Shown piece after piece: positions 1-7,189 of a stretch of 10,381 bases of DNA. The stretch covers positions 1-10,381 of IMG/VR virus record IMGVR_UViG_2645727555_000004. One strand, given 5' to 3'. This DNA comes from a virus (lineage: Duplodnaviria; Heunggongvirae; Uroviricota; Caudoviricetes). The notes under the pieces were generated by a model. The model did no database searches. It was not told where the DNA came from and saw only the letters and a list, made by a program, of their open reading frames with translations. Position 1 is the stretch's first letter. Every line of letters begins with the position of its first letter. A program made the translations under genes and the position numbers.

Positions 1-214
1 ACTGCATATTGAGGTGTTTTTACCGGCACAGGTACCTGATTCGGAGCTCGATCAGTGGATGGAAAGCCGGATTTATCCGGCGATGACTGCGATCCCTGCA
101 CTGGCAGGACTGATTACCACGATGGTTACGCAGGGCTATGAGTATCGTCGTGATGACGATATGGCGTTATGGAGCTCTGCGGATCTGACTTATTCCATTA
201 CATACGAGATGTGA
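1..214 (+). CDS. U: Tail terminator / minor tail protein U, 3' portion only (5' end lies upstream of the window)
   Basis: The reading frame is open from position 2 to TGA at 212-214. The translation (..[26 protein letters not shown]...[10 protein letters not shown]) matches the C-terminus of lambda gpU as I recall it. It sits immediately upstream of V as in lambda. The M at 14 in the ORF track is a GTG inside the frame, not the true start. Confidence 0.85.
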   Translation, partial: LHIEVFLPAQVPDSELDQWMESRIYPAMTAIPALAGLITTMVTQGYEYRRDDDMALWSSADLTYSITYEM

Positions 215-221
215 GGACGAT

Positions 222-974
222 ATGGCAACACCAAATCCCCTGGCGCCGGTAAAAGGTGCCGGTACCACTCTGTGGGTTTACAACGGCAAGGCTGATGCTT
301 ATGCAAACCCGTTGTCAGACGATGACTGGCAGCGACTGGCTAAGGTGAAGGATCTGACGCCGGGCGAGATGACGGCAGAATCCTACGATGATAACTACCT
401 GGATGATGAAGACGCGGACTGGACCGCGACCGGGCAGGGGCAGAAATCTGCAGGTGATACCAGTTTTACGCTGGCCTGGAAACCGGGAGAGGAAGGCCAG
501 AAAGGGCTTATAGGCTGGTTTGAAAGCGGCGATGTCCGGGCCTATAAAATCCGTTTTCCGAATGGCACGGTGGATGTGTTTCGTGGCTGGGTCAGCAGTA
601 TCGGTAAGGCCGTGACGGCGAAAGAAGTGATCACCCGCACGGTGAAAGTCACTAACGTGGGTAAACCTTCTGTAGCGGAAGAACGCAGCAAAATTACGCC
701 GGTCAGTGCGATTAAGGTGACGCCGACATCCGGTACGGTGGCAAAAGGGAAAACAACCACCCTGACGGTTTCTTTTGAGCCGGAAAGTGCAACCGACAAG
801 ACGTTCAGAGCGGTTTCCGCCGATCCGTCGAAAGCCACCATTAGTGTGAAAGATATGACAATTACGGTAAACGGCGTGGCGACAGGTAAGGTGCAGATCC
901 CTGTGGTGAGCGGAAATGGTCAGTTCGCCGCAGTGGCTGAAGTCACCGTTACTGAAGCGGGCGCTGCAGGGTAA
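222..974 (+). CDS. V: Major tail tube protein V, with C-terminal Ig-like (Big_2-type) domain
   Basis: The 250-aa ORF has an N-terminus ([67 protein letters not shown]) highly similar to lambda gpV. The C-terminal third ([39 protein letters not shown]) resembles the Ig-like decoration domain. A GAGGA Shine-Dalgarno lies at 213-217. Position between U and G fits. Confidence 0.92.
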   Translation: MATPNPLAPVKGAGTTLWVYNGKADAYANPLSDDDWQRLAKVKDLTPGEMTAESYDDNYLDDEDADWTATGQGQKSAGDTSFTLAWKPGEEGQKGLIGWFESGDVRAYKIRFPNGTVDVFRGWVSSIGKAVTAKEVITRTVKVTNVGKPSVAEERSKITPVSAIKVTPTSGTVAKGKTTTLTVSFEPESATDKTFRAVSADPSKATISVKDMTITVNGVATGKVQIPVVSGNGQFAAVAEVTVTEAGAAG

Positions 975-987
975 ACGGAGGTAATAC

Positions 988-1410
988 ATGTTTCTGAAAA
1001 CAGAACAATTTGAATATAACGGTGTGTCTGTCACGCTTTCTGAGCTGTCTGCGCTGCAGCGGTTTGATTATATAAAGTTTGTTTCAGACGCAGAACAACA
1101 GGAGACAACGAAGCATGATGTCGTGCACATTAACCAGCGATACCTGGAAACGGCATCCCTGCTTGTGGCGATGTCGCTATGGCATACCCATTCCCTCAAA
1201 GGCACTCTGGCCTCTCCGGAGACAGAGATGCAGCAGATCCGCCGTGAAGTGATGCTGGGATGGCCTGCTGATGCACTGAATCAGGCAACGAACCGGGTGC
1301 TTTATCTTTCAGGTATGCTGGATAACCGGCACGATGCCGATCCTGAACAAACCGGGAAAGCAGAAGCGACTGAGCCGGTAACATCAAAAAAGCATTCGAA
1401 GGCGAGCTGA
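988..1410 (+). CDS. G: Tail assembly chaperone G (zero-frame product)
   Basis: The 140-aa ORF starts MFLKTEQFEYNGVSVTLSELSALQR, matching the lambda gpG N-terminus. A GGAGG Shine-Dalgarno lies at 976-980. It is followed by an overlapping -1 frame ORF, as expected for the G/GT pair. Confidence 0.9.
   Translation: MFLKTEQFEYNGVSVTLSELSALQRFDYIKFVSDAEQQETTKHDVVHINQRYLETASLLVAMSLWHTHSLKGTLASPETEMQQIRREVMLGWPADALNQATNRVLYLSGMLDNRHDADPEQTGKAEATEPVTSKKHSKAS
1386..1392 (+). other. Programmed -1 ribosomal frameshift slippery heptamer A AAA AAG (G to G-T)
   Basis: Seen directly: tc A AAA AAG ca, with the zero-frame codons AAA AAG at 1387-1392 (Lys-Lys in G). After a -1 slip the frame continues as AAA AAA GCA TTC... 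into the T frame. This is the only X XXY YYZ heptamer located between the -1 frame stop (1371-1373) and the G stop (1408-1410). Confidence 0.7.
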
Positions 1411-1850
1411 ACTTTGTCCTGAAACTGGCGCGAGAGATGGGGAGACCCGACTGGCGCGCCATGCTTGCCGGGATGACATCCACCGAATATGCCGACTGGC
1501 GACGTTTTTACTGCACGCATTATTTTCAGGATACCCAACTGGACGCTCATTTTTCCGGGCTGATGTACGCCGTACTCAGCCTGTTTTTTGGCGATCCGGA
1601 TATGCATCCGGCGGATTTCAGTCTGCTTGCTCCAGCGTGTGAGGAAGAGCAGACGGAGATGCCGGACGAGGAAGAAATGCTGATGCAGAAAGCGACAGGA
1701 GTTGCCGGAGGCGTCCGGTTCGGAGGGGACGGAGGGCGCGATATTTCACCTTCTGCGGATGTGGTGGATGTCAGCGAGGATGATGTTGCATTAATGATGG
1801 CTTCAGCGGGGATTTCCGGAGGTGTGAGATATGTCCCAGCCAGCGGGTGA
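1392..1850 (+). CDS. T: T portion of the tail assembly chaperone G-T fusion, made by programmed -1 ribosomal frameshift from G (full product 988..1392 joined to 1392..1850)
   Basis: The -1 frame relative to G is open from 1374 (just after an in-frame TGA at 1371-1373) to the stop at 1848-1850. It has no convincing Shine-Dalgarno of its own. A slippery heptamer A AAA AAG at 1386-1392 is in the correct register in the G frame. The G-then-T arrangement before the tape measure gene is conserved in lambda and most long-tailed phages. Confidence 0.8.
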   Translation, partial: AFEGELNFVLKLAREMGRPDWRAMLAGMTSTEYADWRRFYCTHYFQDTQLDAHFSGLMYAVLSLFFGDPDMHPADFSLLAPACEEEQTEMPDEEEMLMQKATGVAGGVRFGGDGGRDISPSADVVDVSEDDVALMMASAGISGGVRYVPASG

Positions 1851-4443
1851 TCTGGTTATTGATTTGAGTCTGGATGCGGCCCGGTTTGATGAACAGATGG
1901 CCCGGGTACGCCGTCATTTTTCCAGTCTGGAGGCGGATGCCAGAAAAACCGCCAGTACTGTTGAACAGGGGCTGAGCCGACAGGCGCTGGCTGCACAAAA
2001 AGCCGGGATATCAGTCGGACAGTATAAGGCTGCCATGCGCACACTGCCCGCACAGTTCACGGATATTGTCACTCAGCTTGCCGGTGGTCAGAATCCCTTC
2101 CTTATCATGCTGCAGCAGGGGGGGCAGATCAGCGATTCATTCGGTGGACCGCTCAGCCTGCTTACCCTGCTGAAGGAGGAACTTCTCGGGATCAGGGATG
2201 CCTCTGAATCATCAGAGGAGTCGCTGTCAGATACGGCAAATGCACTGGCTGAAAATGCCCGGAATGCCGGTGAGCTGGGACGATTTATGTCGGTGGCCCG
2301 TGTGGCGGCAGGTGGCGGGGTTGCCGTACTGGCCGCGCTTGCTGCCGCCGCCTGGCAGGCAGAGCAGGCTGACCGGGCCTTATTGCGTTCACTGATCCTG
2401 ACCGGAGGGGCGGCTGCCACCACAACGGCAGAATTGTGGAAAATGGCCGGGGTGATCAGCGATGAAGCCGGTGGTGGTATCAGACAGGCGGCAGAAAATC
2501 TGGCCCGTCTGGCAGAAAGCGGGAAATATACCGCCGGGCAGCTACGGATCATGGGGGAAACCTCTCAGAGATGGCTGCAGACGGTGGGGGACGATGCCGG
2601 GAAGGTGGAAAAAGCCTTTGAAGGGATTGCAGCAGATCCGGTGAAGGCGCTGGCCTCCCTGAATCAGCAGTATAACTTCCTGAGCGTTTCCCAGTTACGC
2701 CATATTGATGAGCTTGAGCGCACGAAAGGTAAACAGGCTGCGGTGACGGAGGCGATGTCCCTGTTTGCGGATGTCATGAATGCACGTCTGGAGCAACTTG
2801 ATAAAGCGGCCACGCCGGTGGAAAAAATCTGGGACGATGTTAAAACCTGGACTTCTGACGCATGGGCATGGATAGGTGATCATACACTGGGGGCACTCAG
2901 TCTGATCACTGACGTGGTGGCCGGAACCGTTGAACAGGTGAAGCTGCTGCTTGTGCAGGGGGATCTGGCGCTGGCTGAATTTATTCAGTCAGCCTGGGAA
3001 ACGACAAAGAATGTGCCCGGCGTTGGTGCGTTGTTTGGTGAACTGGCAGAAGAGAACCGCGTATTTATTGAGAAAACAAAACGCGATGAACTGGCGCTGA
3101 GAAAATCCATTGCGGAACGGGATGCGCGTATACGCCAGGGGGAAATGGGGTACATCAACCGCTCGCGTGCAACAGGCGTCAGCAAAGGTCCTGGGCAGCA
3201 GGAAGCCGTCAGCCGTCTGGCTGAAGAGCTGACAGGTAAAAAGCATACATCACCGAAAACGCGCTCTGCCGGGGAGAGGGAAGAGGAGCAGGCAAGAGAG
3301 GCTCTGCTTGCCCTTGAAGCTGAGCTCAGGACGCTGGAAAAACACAGCGGTGCGAATGAGAAAATCAGCCTGCAGCGCCGTGATTTATGGAAGGCGGAAA
3401 GTCAGTATGCGGTCCTGAAAGAGGCTGCCACGAAACGGCAGTTATCTGAGCAGGAAAAATCCCTGCTGGCCCATGAGAAAGAAACGCTGGAGTACAAACG
3501 CCAGCTGGCTGAGCTGGGCGACAAGATTGAACACCAGAAACGGCTGAATGAGCTGGCACAGCAGGCGGCGCGGTTTGAACAGCAGCAGAGCGCGAAGCAG
3601 GCGGCAATCAGCGCAAAAGCCCGCGGACTCACCGACCGTCAGGCGCAGCGGGAGTCGGAAGAGCAGCGCCTTCGTGAGGTGTACGGTGATAATCCGGCTG
3701 CGCTGGCGAAGGCCACATCTGCACTGAAGAACACCTGGTCTGCGGAGGAGCAGCTTCGTGGAAGCTGGATGGCCGGGATGAAGTCCGGCTGGGGCGAGTG
3801 GGCGGAAAGTGCGACGGACAGTTTTTCGCAGGTTAAAAACGCGGCCACGCAGACCTTTGACGGTATTGCACAGAATATGGCAGCGATGCTGACCGGCAGC
3901 GAACAGAACTGGCGTGGTTTCACCCGTTCTGTGCTGTCCATGCTGACAGAGATTTTTCTGAAGCAGGCGATGGTGGGGATAGTCGGGAGTATCGGCAGCG
4001 CCATTGGCGGTGCTTTCGGTGGCGGCGCATCCGCGTCAGGCGGTACAGCCATTCAGGCCGCTGCGGCGAAATTCCATTTTGCAACCGGAGGATTTACGGG
4101 AACCGGCGGCAAATATGAGCCAGCGGGAATTGTTCACCGCGGTGAATTCGTCTTCACGAAGGAGGCAACCAGCCGGATTGGCGTGGGGAATCTCTACCGG
4201 CTGATGCGCGGCTATGCCACCGGCGGTTATGTCGGTACACCGGGCAGCATGGCGGACAGCCGGTCGCAGGCGTCCGGGACGTTTGAGCAGAATAACCATG
4301 TGGTGATTAACAACGACGGCACGAACGGTCAGATAGGGCCACAGGCACTGAAGGCTGTTTATGACGTAGCCCGTAAGGCGGCAATGGATGTTGTGACCGG
4401 GCAGATGCGCGATGGTGGTCTGTTCTCCGGAGGTGGACGATGA
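1831..4443 (+). CDS. H: Tail tape measure protein H
   Basis: The 870-aa ORF has an N-terminus (DLVIDLSLDAARFDEQMARVRRHFS...AAQKAGISVGQYKAAMRTLPAQFTD) and C-terminal ~300 aa (LEAELRTLEKH.GANEKIS.QRRDLWKAES...FHFATGGFTGTGGKYEPAGIVHRGEFVFTKEATSRIGVGNLYRLMRGYATGGYVG...MRDGGLFSGGGR) that match lambda gpH. The middle is Ala/Glu/Gln-rich and helical in character, typical of tape measure proteins. It is the largest ORF, follows G-T, and has a GGAGG Shine-Dalgarno before the ATG. Confidence 0.93.
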   Translation: MSQPAGDLVIDLSLDAARFDEQMARVRRHFSSLEADARKTASTVEQGLSRQALAAQKAGISVGQYKAAMRTLPAQFTDIVTQLAGGQNPFLIMLQQGGQISDSFGGPLSLLTLLKEELLGIRDASESSEESLSDTANALAENARNAGELGRFMSVARVAAGGGVAVLAALAAAAWQAEQADRALLRSLILTGGAAATTTAELWKMAGVISDEAGGGIRQAAENLARLAESGKYTAGQLRIMGETSQRWLQTVGDDAGKVEKAFEGIAADPVKALASLNQQYNFLSVSQLRHIDELERTKGKQAAVTEAMSLFADVMNARLEQLDKAATPVEKIWDDVKTWTSDAWAWIGDHTLGALSLITDVVAGTVEQVKLLLVQGDLALAEFIQSAWETTKNVPGVGALFGELAEENRVFIEKTKRDELALRKSIAERDARIRQGEMGYINRSRATGVSKGPGQQEAVSRLAEELTGKKHTSPKTRSAGEREEEQAREALLALEAELRTLEKHSGANEKISLQRRDLWKAESQYAVLKEAATKRQLSEQEKSLLAHEKETLEYKRQLAELGDKIEHQKRLNELAQQAARFEQQQSAKQAAISAKARGLTDRQAQRESEEQRLREVYGDNPAALAKATSALKNTWSAEEQLRGSWMAGMKSGWGEWAESATDSFSQVKNAATQTFDGIAQNMAAMLTGSEQNWRGFTRSVLSMLTEIFLKQAMVGIVGSIGSAIGGAFGGGASASGGTAIQAAAAKFHFATGGFTGTGGKYEPAGIVHRGEFVFTKEATSRIGVGNLYRLMRGYATGGYVGTPGSMADSRSQASGTFEQNNHVVINNDGTNGQIGPQALKAVYDVARKAAMDVVTGQMRDGGLFSGGGR

Positions 4444-4769
4444 AAACCTTCCGCTGGAAAGTGAAACCCGGTATGGATGTGGCTTCGGCCCCTTCCGTAA
4501 GAAAGGTGCGCTTTGGTGATGGCTATTCCCAGCGAGCGCCTGCCGGGCTGAACACTGACCTGAAAACGTACAGCGTGACGCTTTCTGTTCCCCGTTGGGA
4601 GGCCGCGGCGCTGGAGTCGTTTCTGGCTGAGCACGGGGGCTGGAAGGCCTTTCTGTGGACGCCGCCTTATGGCTACCGGCAGATAAAGGTGACCTGCGCA
4701 AAATGGTCGTCGCGGGTCAGTATGCTGCGTGTTGAGTTCAGCGCAGAGTTTGAACAGGTGGTGAACTGA
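4440..4769 (+). CDS. M: Minor tail protein M (tail tip assembly)
   Basis: The 109-aa ORF (MKTFRWKVKPGMDVAS.PSVRKVRFGDGYSQRAPAGLN..LKTYSVTLSVP...VEFSAEFEQVVN) is near-identical to lambda gpM as I recall it. Its start overlaps the H stop (ATGA at 4440-4443). A GGAGG Shine-Dalgarno lies upstream. Confidence 0.93.
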   Translation: MKTFRWKVKPGMDVASAPSVRKVRFGDGYSQRAPAGLNTDLKTYSVTLSVPRWEAAALESFLAEHGGWKAFLWTPPYGYRQIKVTCAKWSSRVSMLRVEFSAEFEQVVN

Positions 4770-5467
4770 TGCAGGATATCCGACAGGAAACACTGAATGA
4801 ATGCACCCGTACGGAGCAGTCGGCCAGCGTGGTGCTCTGGGAAATCGACCTGACAGAGGTCGGTGGAGAACGTTATTTTTTCTGTAATGAGCAGAACGAA
4901 AAAGGTGAGCCGGTCACCTGGCAGGGGCGGCAGTATCAGCCGTATCCCATTCAGGGGAGTGGTTTTGAACTGAATGGCAAAGGCACCAGTACGCGCCCCA
5001 CGCTGACGGTTTCTAACCTGTACGGTATGGTCACCGGGATGGCGGAAGATCTGCAGAGTCTGGTCGGCGGAACGGTGGTCCGGCGTAAGGTTTACGCCCG
5101 TTTTCTGGATGCGGTGAACTTCGTCAACGGAAACAGTGACGCCGATCCGGAGCAGGAGGTGATCAGCAGCTGGCGCATTGAGCAGTGCAGCGAACTGAGC
5201 GCGGTGAGTGCCTCTTTTGTACTGTCCACGCCGACGGAAACGGATGGCGCTGTTTTTCCGGGACGTATCATGCTGGCCAACACCTGCACCTGGACCTATC
5301 GCGGTGACGAGTGCGGTTATAGCGGTCCGGCTGTCGCGGATGAATATGACCAGCCAACGTCCGATATCACGAAGGATAAATGCAGCAAATGCCTGAGCGG
5401 TTGTAAGTTCCGCAATAACGTCGGCAACTTTGGCGGCTTCCTTTCCATTAACAAACTTTCGCAGTAA
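4769..5467 (+). CDS. L: Minor tail protein L (tail tip, iron-sulfur cluster-binding cysteine motif)
   Basis: The 232-aa ORF (MQDIRQETLNECTR.EQSASVVLWEIDLTEVGGERYFFCNEQNEKGEPVTWQGRQYQPYPIQGSGFELNGKG...) is almost identical to lambda gpL. The C-terminal Cys cluster (C..C..C: CTWTYRGDECGYSG...KDKCSKCLSGCKF) is present. Its start overlaps the M stop (TGATG). Confidence 0.93.
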   Translation: MQDIRQETLNECTRTEQSASVVLWEIDLTEVGGERYFFCNEQNEKGEPVTWQGRQYQPYPIQGSGFELNGKGTSTRPTLTVSNLYGMVTGMAEDLQSLVGGTVVRRKVYARFLDAVNFVNGNSDADPEQEVISSWRIEQCSELSAVSASFVLSTPTETDGAVFPGRIMLANTCTWTYRGDECGYSGPAVADEYDQPTSDITKDKCSKCLSGCKFRNNVGNFGGFLSINKLSQ

Positions 5468-5472
5468 ATCCC

Positions 5473-6216
5473 ATGACACAGACAGAATCAGCGATTCTGG
5501 CGCACGCCCGGCGATGTGCGCCAGCGGAGTCGTGCGGCTTCGTGGTGAGAACACCGGAGGGGGAAAGATATTTCCCCTGCGTGAATATCTCCGGTGAGCC
5601 GGAGGCGTATTTCCGGATGGCTCCGGAGGACTGGCTGCAGGCAGAGATGCAGGGTGAGATTGTGGCGCTGGTCCACAGCCACCCCGGTGGTCTGCCCTGG
5701 CTGAGTGAGGCTGACCGGCGGCTGCAGGTGCAGAGCGATTTGCCGTGGTGGCTGGTCTGCCGGGGGGCGATTCACAAGTTCCGCTGTGTGCCGCATCTCA
5801 CCGGGCGGCGCTTTGAGTACGGGGTGACGGACTGTTACACACTGTTCCGGGATGCTTACCATCTGGCGGGGATTGAGATGCCGGATTTTCATCGCGGGGA
5901 TGACTGGTGGCGTAACGGCCAGAATCTCTATCTTGACAATATGGAGGCTACTGGTTTTTACCGTGTCGCACTGACAGAGGCGCAGCCGGGCGATGTGCTG
6001 CTGTGCTGTTTTGGTTCATCGGTGCCGAATCACGCCGCCATTTACTGCGGCGACGGTGAGCTGCTGCACCATATTCCTGAACAACTGAGCAAACGAGAGA
6101 GGTATACCGACAAATGGCAGCGACGCACACACTCCCTCTGGCGTCACCGGGAATGGCACGCATCTGCCTTTACGGGGATTTGCAACGATTTGGCCGCCGC
6201 ATCGACCTTCGTGTGA
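5473..6216 (+). CDS. K: Tail tip assembly protein K (JAMM/MPN-like plus NlpC/P60-like domains)
   Basis: The 247-aa ORF matches lambda gpK. A JAMM-type motif H-S-H-x7-S-x2-D is present (HSHPGGLPWLSEAD) with an upstream Glu (AESCGF). A candidate NlpC/P60 catalytic Cys (VTDCYTLF) and downstream His residues (PNHAAIY, LLHHIP) are also present. The ORF begins 5 nt after the L stop. Confidence 0.9.
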   Translation: MTQTESAILAHARRCAPAESCGFVVRTPEGERYFPCVNISGEPEAYFRMAPEDWLQAEMQGEIVALVHSHPGGLPWLSEADRRLQVQSDLPWWLVCRGAIHKFRCVPHLTGRRFEYGVTDCYTLFRDAYHLAGIEMPDFHRGDDWWRNGQNLYLDNMEATGFYRVALTEAQPGDVLLCCFGSSVPNHAAIYCGDGELLHHIPEQLSKRERYTDKWQRRTHSLWRHREWHASAFTGICNDLAAASTFV

Positions 6217-6755
6217 AAACGGGGGCTGAAGCCATCCGGGCACTGGCCACACAGCTCCCGGCGTTTCGTCAGAAACTGAGCGATGGCTGGTATCAGGTAC
6301 GGATTGCCGGGCGGGATGCAGGAGAAACCGAATTATCATCCCGTCTTAATGAGCCGCTGGCAAATGGTGCCGTGATCCACATCGTGCCGCGTCTTGCGGG
6401 AGCAAAAAGTGGCGGTGTGTTTCAGGCGGTGCTGGGTGCGGCGTTGATTGCTACGGCAATCTGGATGCCGGGGATCAGTATCGCTTTCAGTGACATTCTC
6501 TTTTCAATGGGTGCGGCAATGACGCTTGGTGGTGTGGCGCAGATGCTGGCACCGAAAGCCAGAACTCCCCGTACACAGACAACGGATAACGGCAAACAGA
6601 ACACCTATTTCTCCTCACTGGATAACATGGTTGCCCAGGGCAATGTCCTGCCTGTTCTGTACGGTGAAATGCGCGTGGGGTCACGTGTGGCATCTCAGGA
6701 GATCAGCACGGCAGATGAAGGGGATGGTGGTCAGGTTGTGGTAATTGGGCGGTAA
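6114..6755 (+). CDS. I: Tail tip assembly protein I
   Basis: The 213-aa ORF has an N-terminus (MAATHTLPLASPGMARICLYGDLQRFGRRIDLRVKTGAEAIRALATQLPAFRQKLSDGWYQVRIAGRD) and C-terminus (APKARTPR.QTTDNGKQNTYFSSLDNMVAQGNVLPVLYGEMRVGSRV.SQEISTADEGDGGQVVVIGR) that match lambda gpI. It overlaps the 3' end of K by 103 nt in a different frame, as in lambda. Confidence 0.88.
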   Translation: MAATHTLPLASPGMARICLYGDLQRFGRRIDLRVKTGAEAIRALATQLPAFRQKLSDGWYQVRIAGRDAGETELSSRLNEPLANGAVIHIVPRLAGAKSGGVFQAVLGAALIATAIWMPGISIAFSDILFSMGAAMTLGGVAQMLAPKARTPRTQTTDNGKQNTYFSSLDNMVAQGNVLPVLYGEMRVGSRVASQEISTADEGDGGQVVVIGR

Positions 6756-6828
6756 TATTATTTTACTCATGTTCTAACTAATTTAATATTTATATCGAAC
6801 ACTGATAATTATTCTATTGGTTAGCTAT
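6756..6828 (+). promoter_or_regulatory. AT-rich upstream region of the moron gene; putative sigma70-type promoter (exact -35/-10 not resolvable by eye)
   Basis: This is a very AT-rich 73-nt stretch (tattattttactcatgttctaactaatttaatatttatatcgaacactgataattattctattggttagctat) immediately 5' of the lipoprotein ORF. It contains several near -10 hexamers (TAATAT at 6784-6789, GATAAT at 6804-6809), but no -35 element could be matched convincingly. Morons typically carry their own promoter. Confidence 0.25.
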
Positions 6829-7167
6829 ATGAACAAAACGATTTTATTCTGCACGATTATTGCCTTAACAGGATGTAAATCTTTGGATTACGTAAAATCC
6901 GGAAAACCTGTAATGGAAGGTAATTCATTAAAAAATATTGATGAATTGTCAGGCTGCATATCCAGACAATGGGCTGGTAATGGAACACCTATAACATCCC
7001 TTCCTATTGAGAATGGGGTAAGCCTTTTAGTTCCACAGGCTATGGGGGGATATGATGTTGTGCTTGATATCAAAAAAGCAGGAAATGGCAGTAGTTTTAC
7101 TCTTTATGAACGTGTACCAGCATTAACGCCAAAAATTTTTGCTGATAGTGTTAATGCATGTAAATAA
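6829..7167 (+). CDS. Small predicted outer-membrane lipoprotein encoded on an AT-rich moron between tail genes I and J; function unknown (candidate superinfection-exclusion or host-envelope factor)
   Basis: The ORF is 112 aa from ATG 6829 (the track's TTG start at 6817 is less likely). The N-terminus MNKTILFCTIIALTGC has a basic n-region, a hydrophobic core and a lipobox LTGC, so it looks like a signal peptidase II substrate. The residue after the lipidated Cys is Lys, not Asp, which implies outer-membrane sorting by the Lol pathway. The mature part has two further Cys residues (SGC, NAC). G+C is visibly far lower than in the flanking tail genes, and the gene is followed by an intrinsic terminator. 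No homolog was recognised from memory. Confidence 0.7.
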   Translation: MNKTILFCTIIALTGCKSLDYVKSGKPVMEGNSLKNIDELSGCISRQWAGNGTPITSLPIENGVSLLVPQAMGGYDVVLDIKKAGNGSSFTLYERVPALTPKIFADSVNACK

Positions 7168-7189
7168 TAGTTAATCCTGTCGTAACTCA

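Noticed and set aside
14-214. A complete 66-aa gene starting at position 14
   Set aside because: The 'M' is a GTG internal to an open frame that continues to the window edge. The sequence is the C-terminal part of tail protein U, whose start lies upstream of the window.
315-1034. 239-aa minus-strand ORF overlapping V, and a 99-aa minus-strand ORF at 542-841
   Set aside because: They are antisense to the major tail protein gene V, which has strong homology support, and are shadow ORFs.
1354-1360. GGGAAAG heptamer as the G-T frameshift site (the sequence I recall lambda using)
   Set aside because: It is out of register in the G frame, which reads it as GGG AAA G, and a -1 shift here would terminate at TGA 1371-1373. 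The in-register A AAA AAG at 1386-1392 is the supported site.
1437-1850. T as an independent gene initiated at ATG 1437
   Set aside because: The frame is open upstream to 1374, there is no convincing Shine-Dalgarno before 1437, and the conserved biology of this locus is a G-T frameshift fusion. Independent initiation cannot be fully excluded without data.
2088-3632. Several small + and - strand ORFs inside H (e.g. 2088-2552 -, 2198-2395 +, 2462-2644 +, 3365-3607 -, 3402-3632 -)
   Set aside because: They are nested within or antisense to the tape measure gene and are frame-shadow ORFs with low-complexity translations.
4673-5554. 293-aa minus-strand ORF, and neighbouring minus-strand ORFs at 4036-4701 and 4359-4793
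   Set aside because: They are antisense to M, L and the 3' end of H, which are near-identical to lambda proteins on the + strand. No ribosome-binding sites are evident and the composition is Arg-rich.
6817-6828. TTG at 6817 as the start of the lipoprotein ORF, as given in the ORF track (MVSYMNKT...)
   Set aside because: ATG at 6829 gives a canonical lipoprotein signal peptide with a short basic n-region (MNK...). The TTG extension would add four residues with no support.
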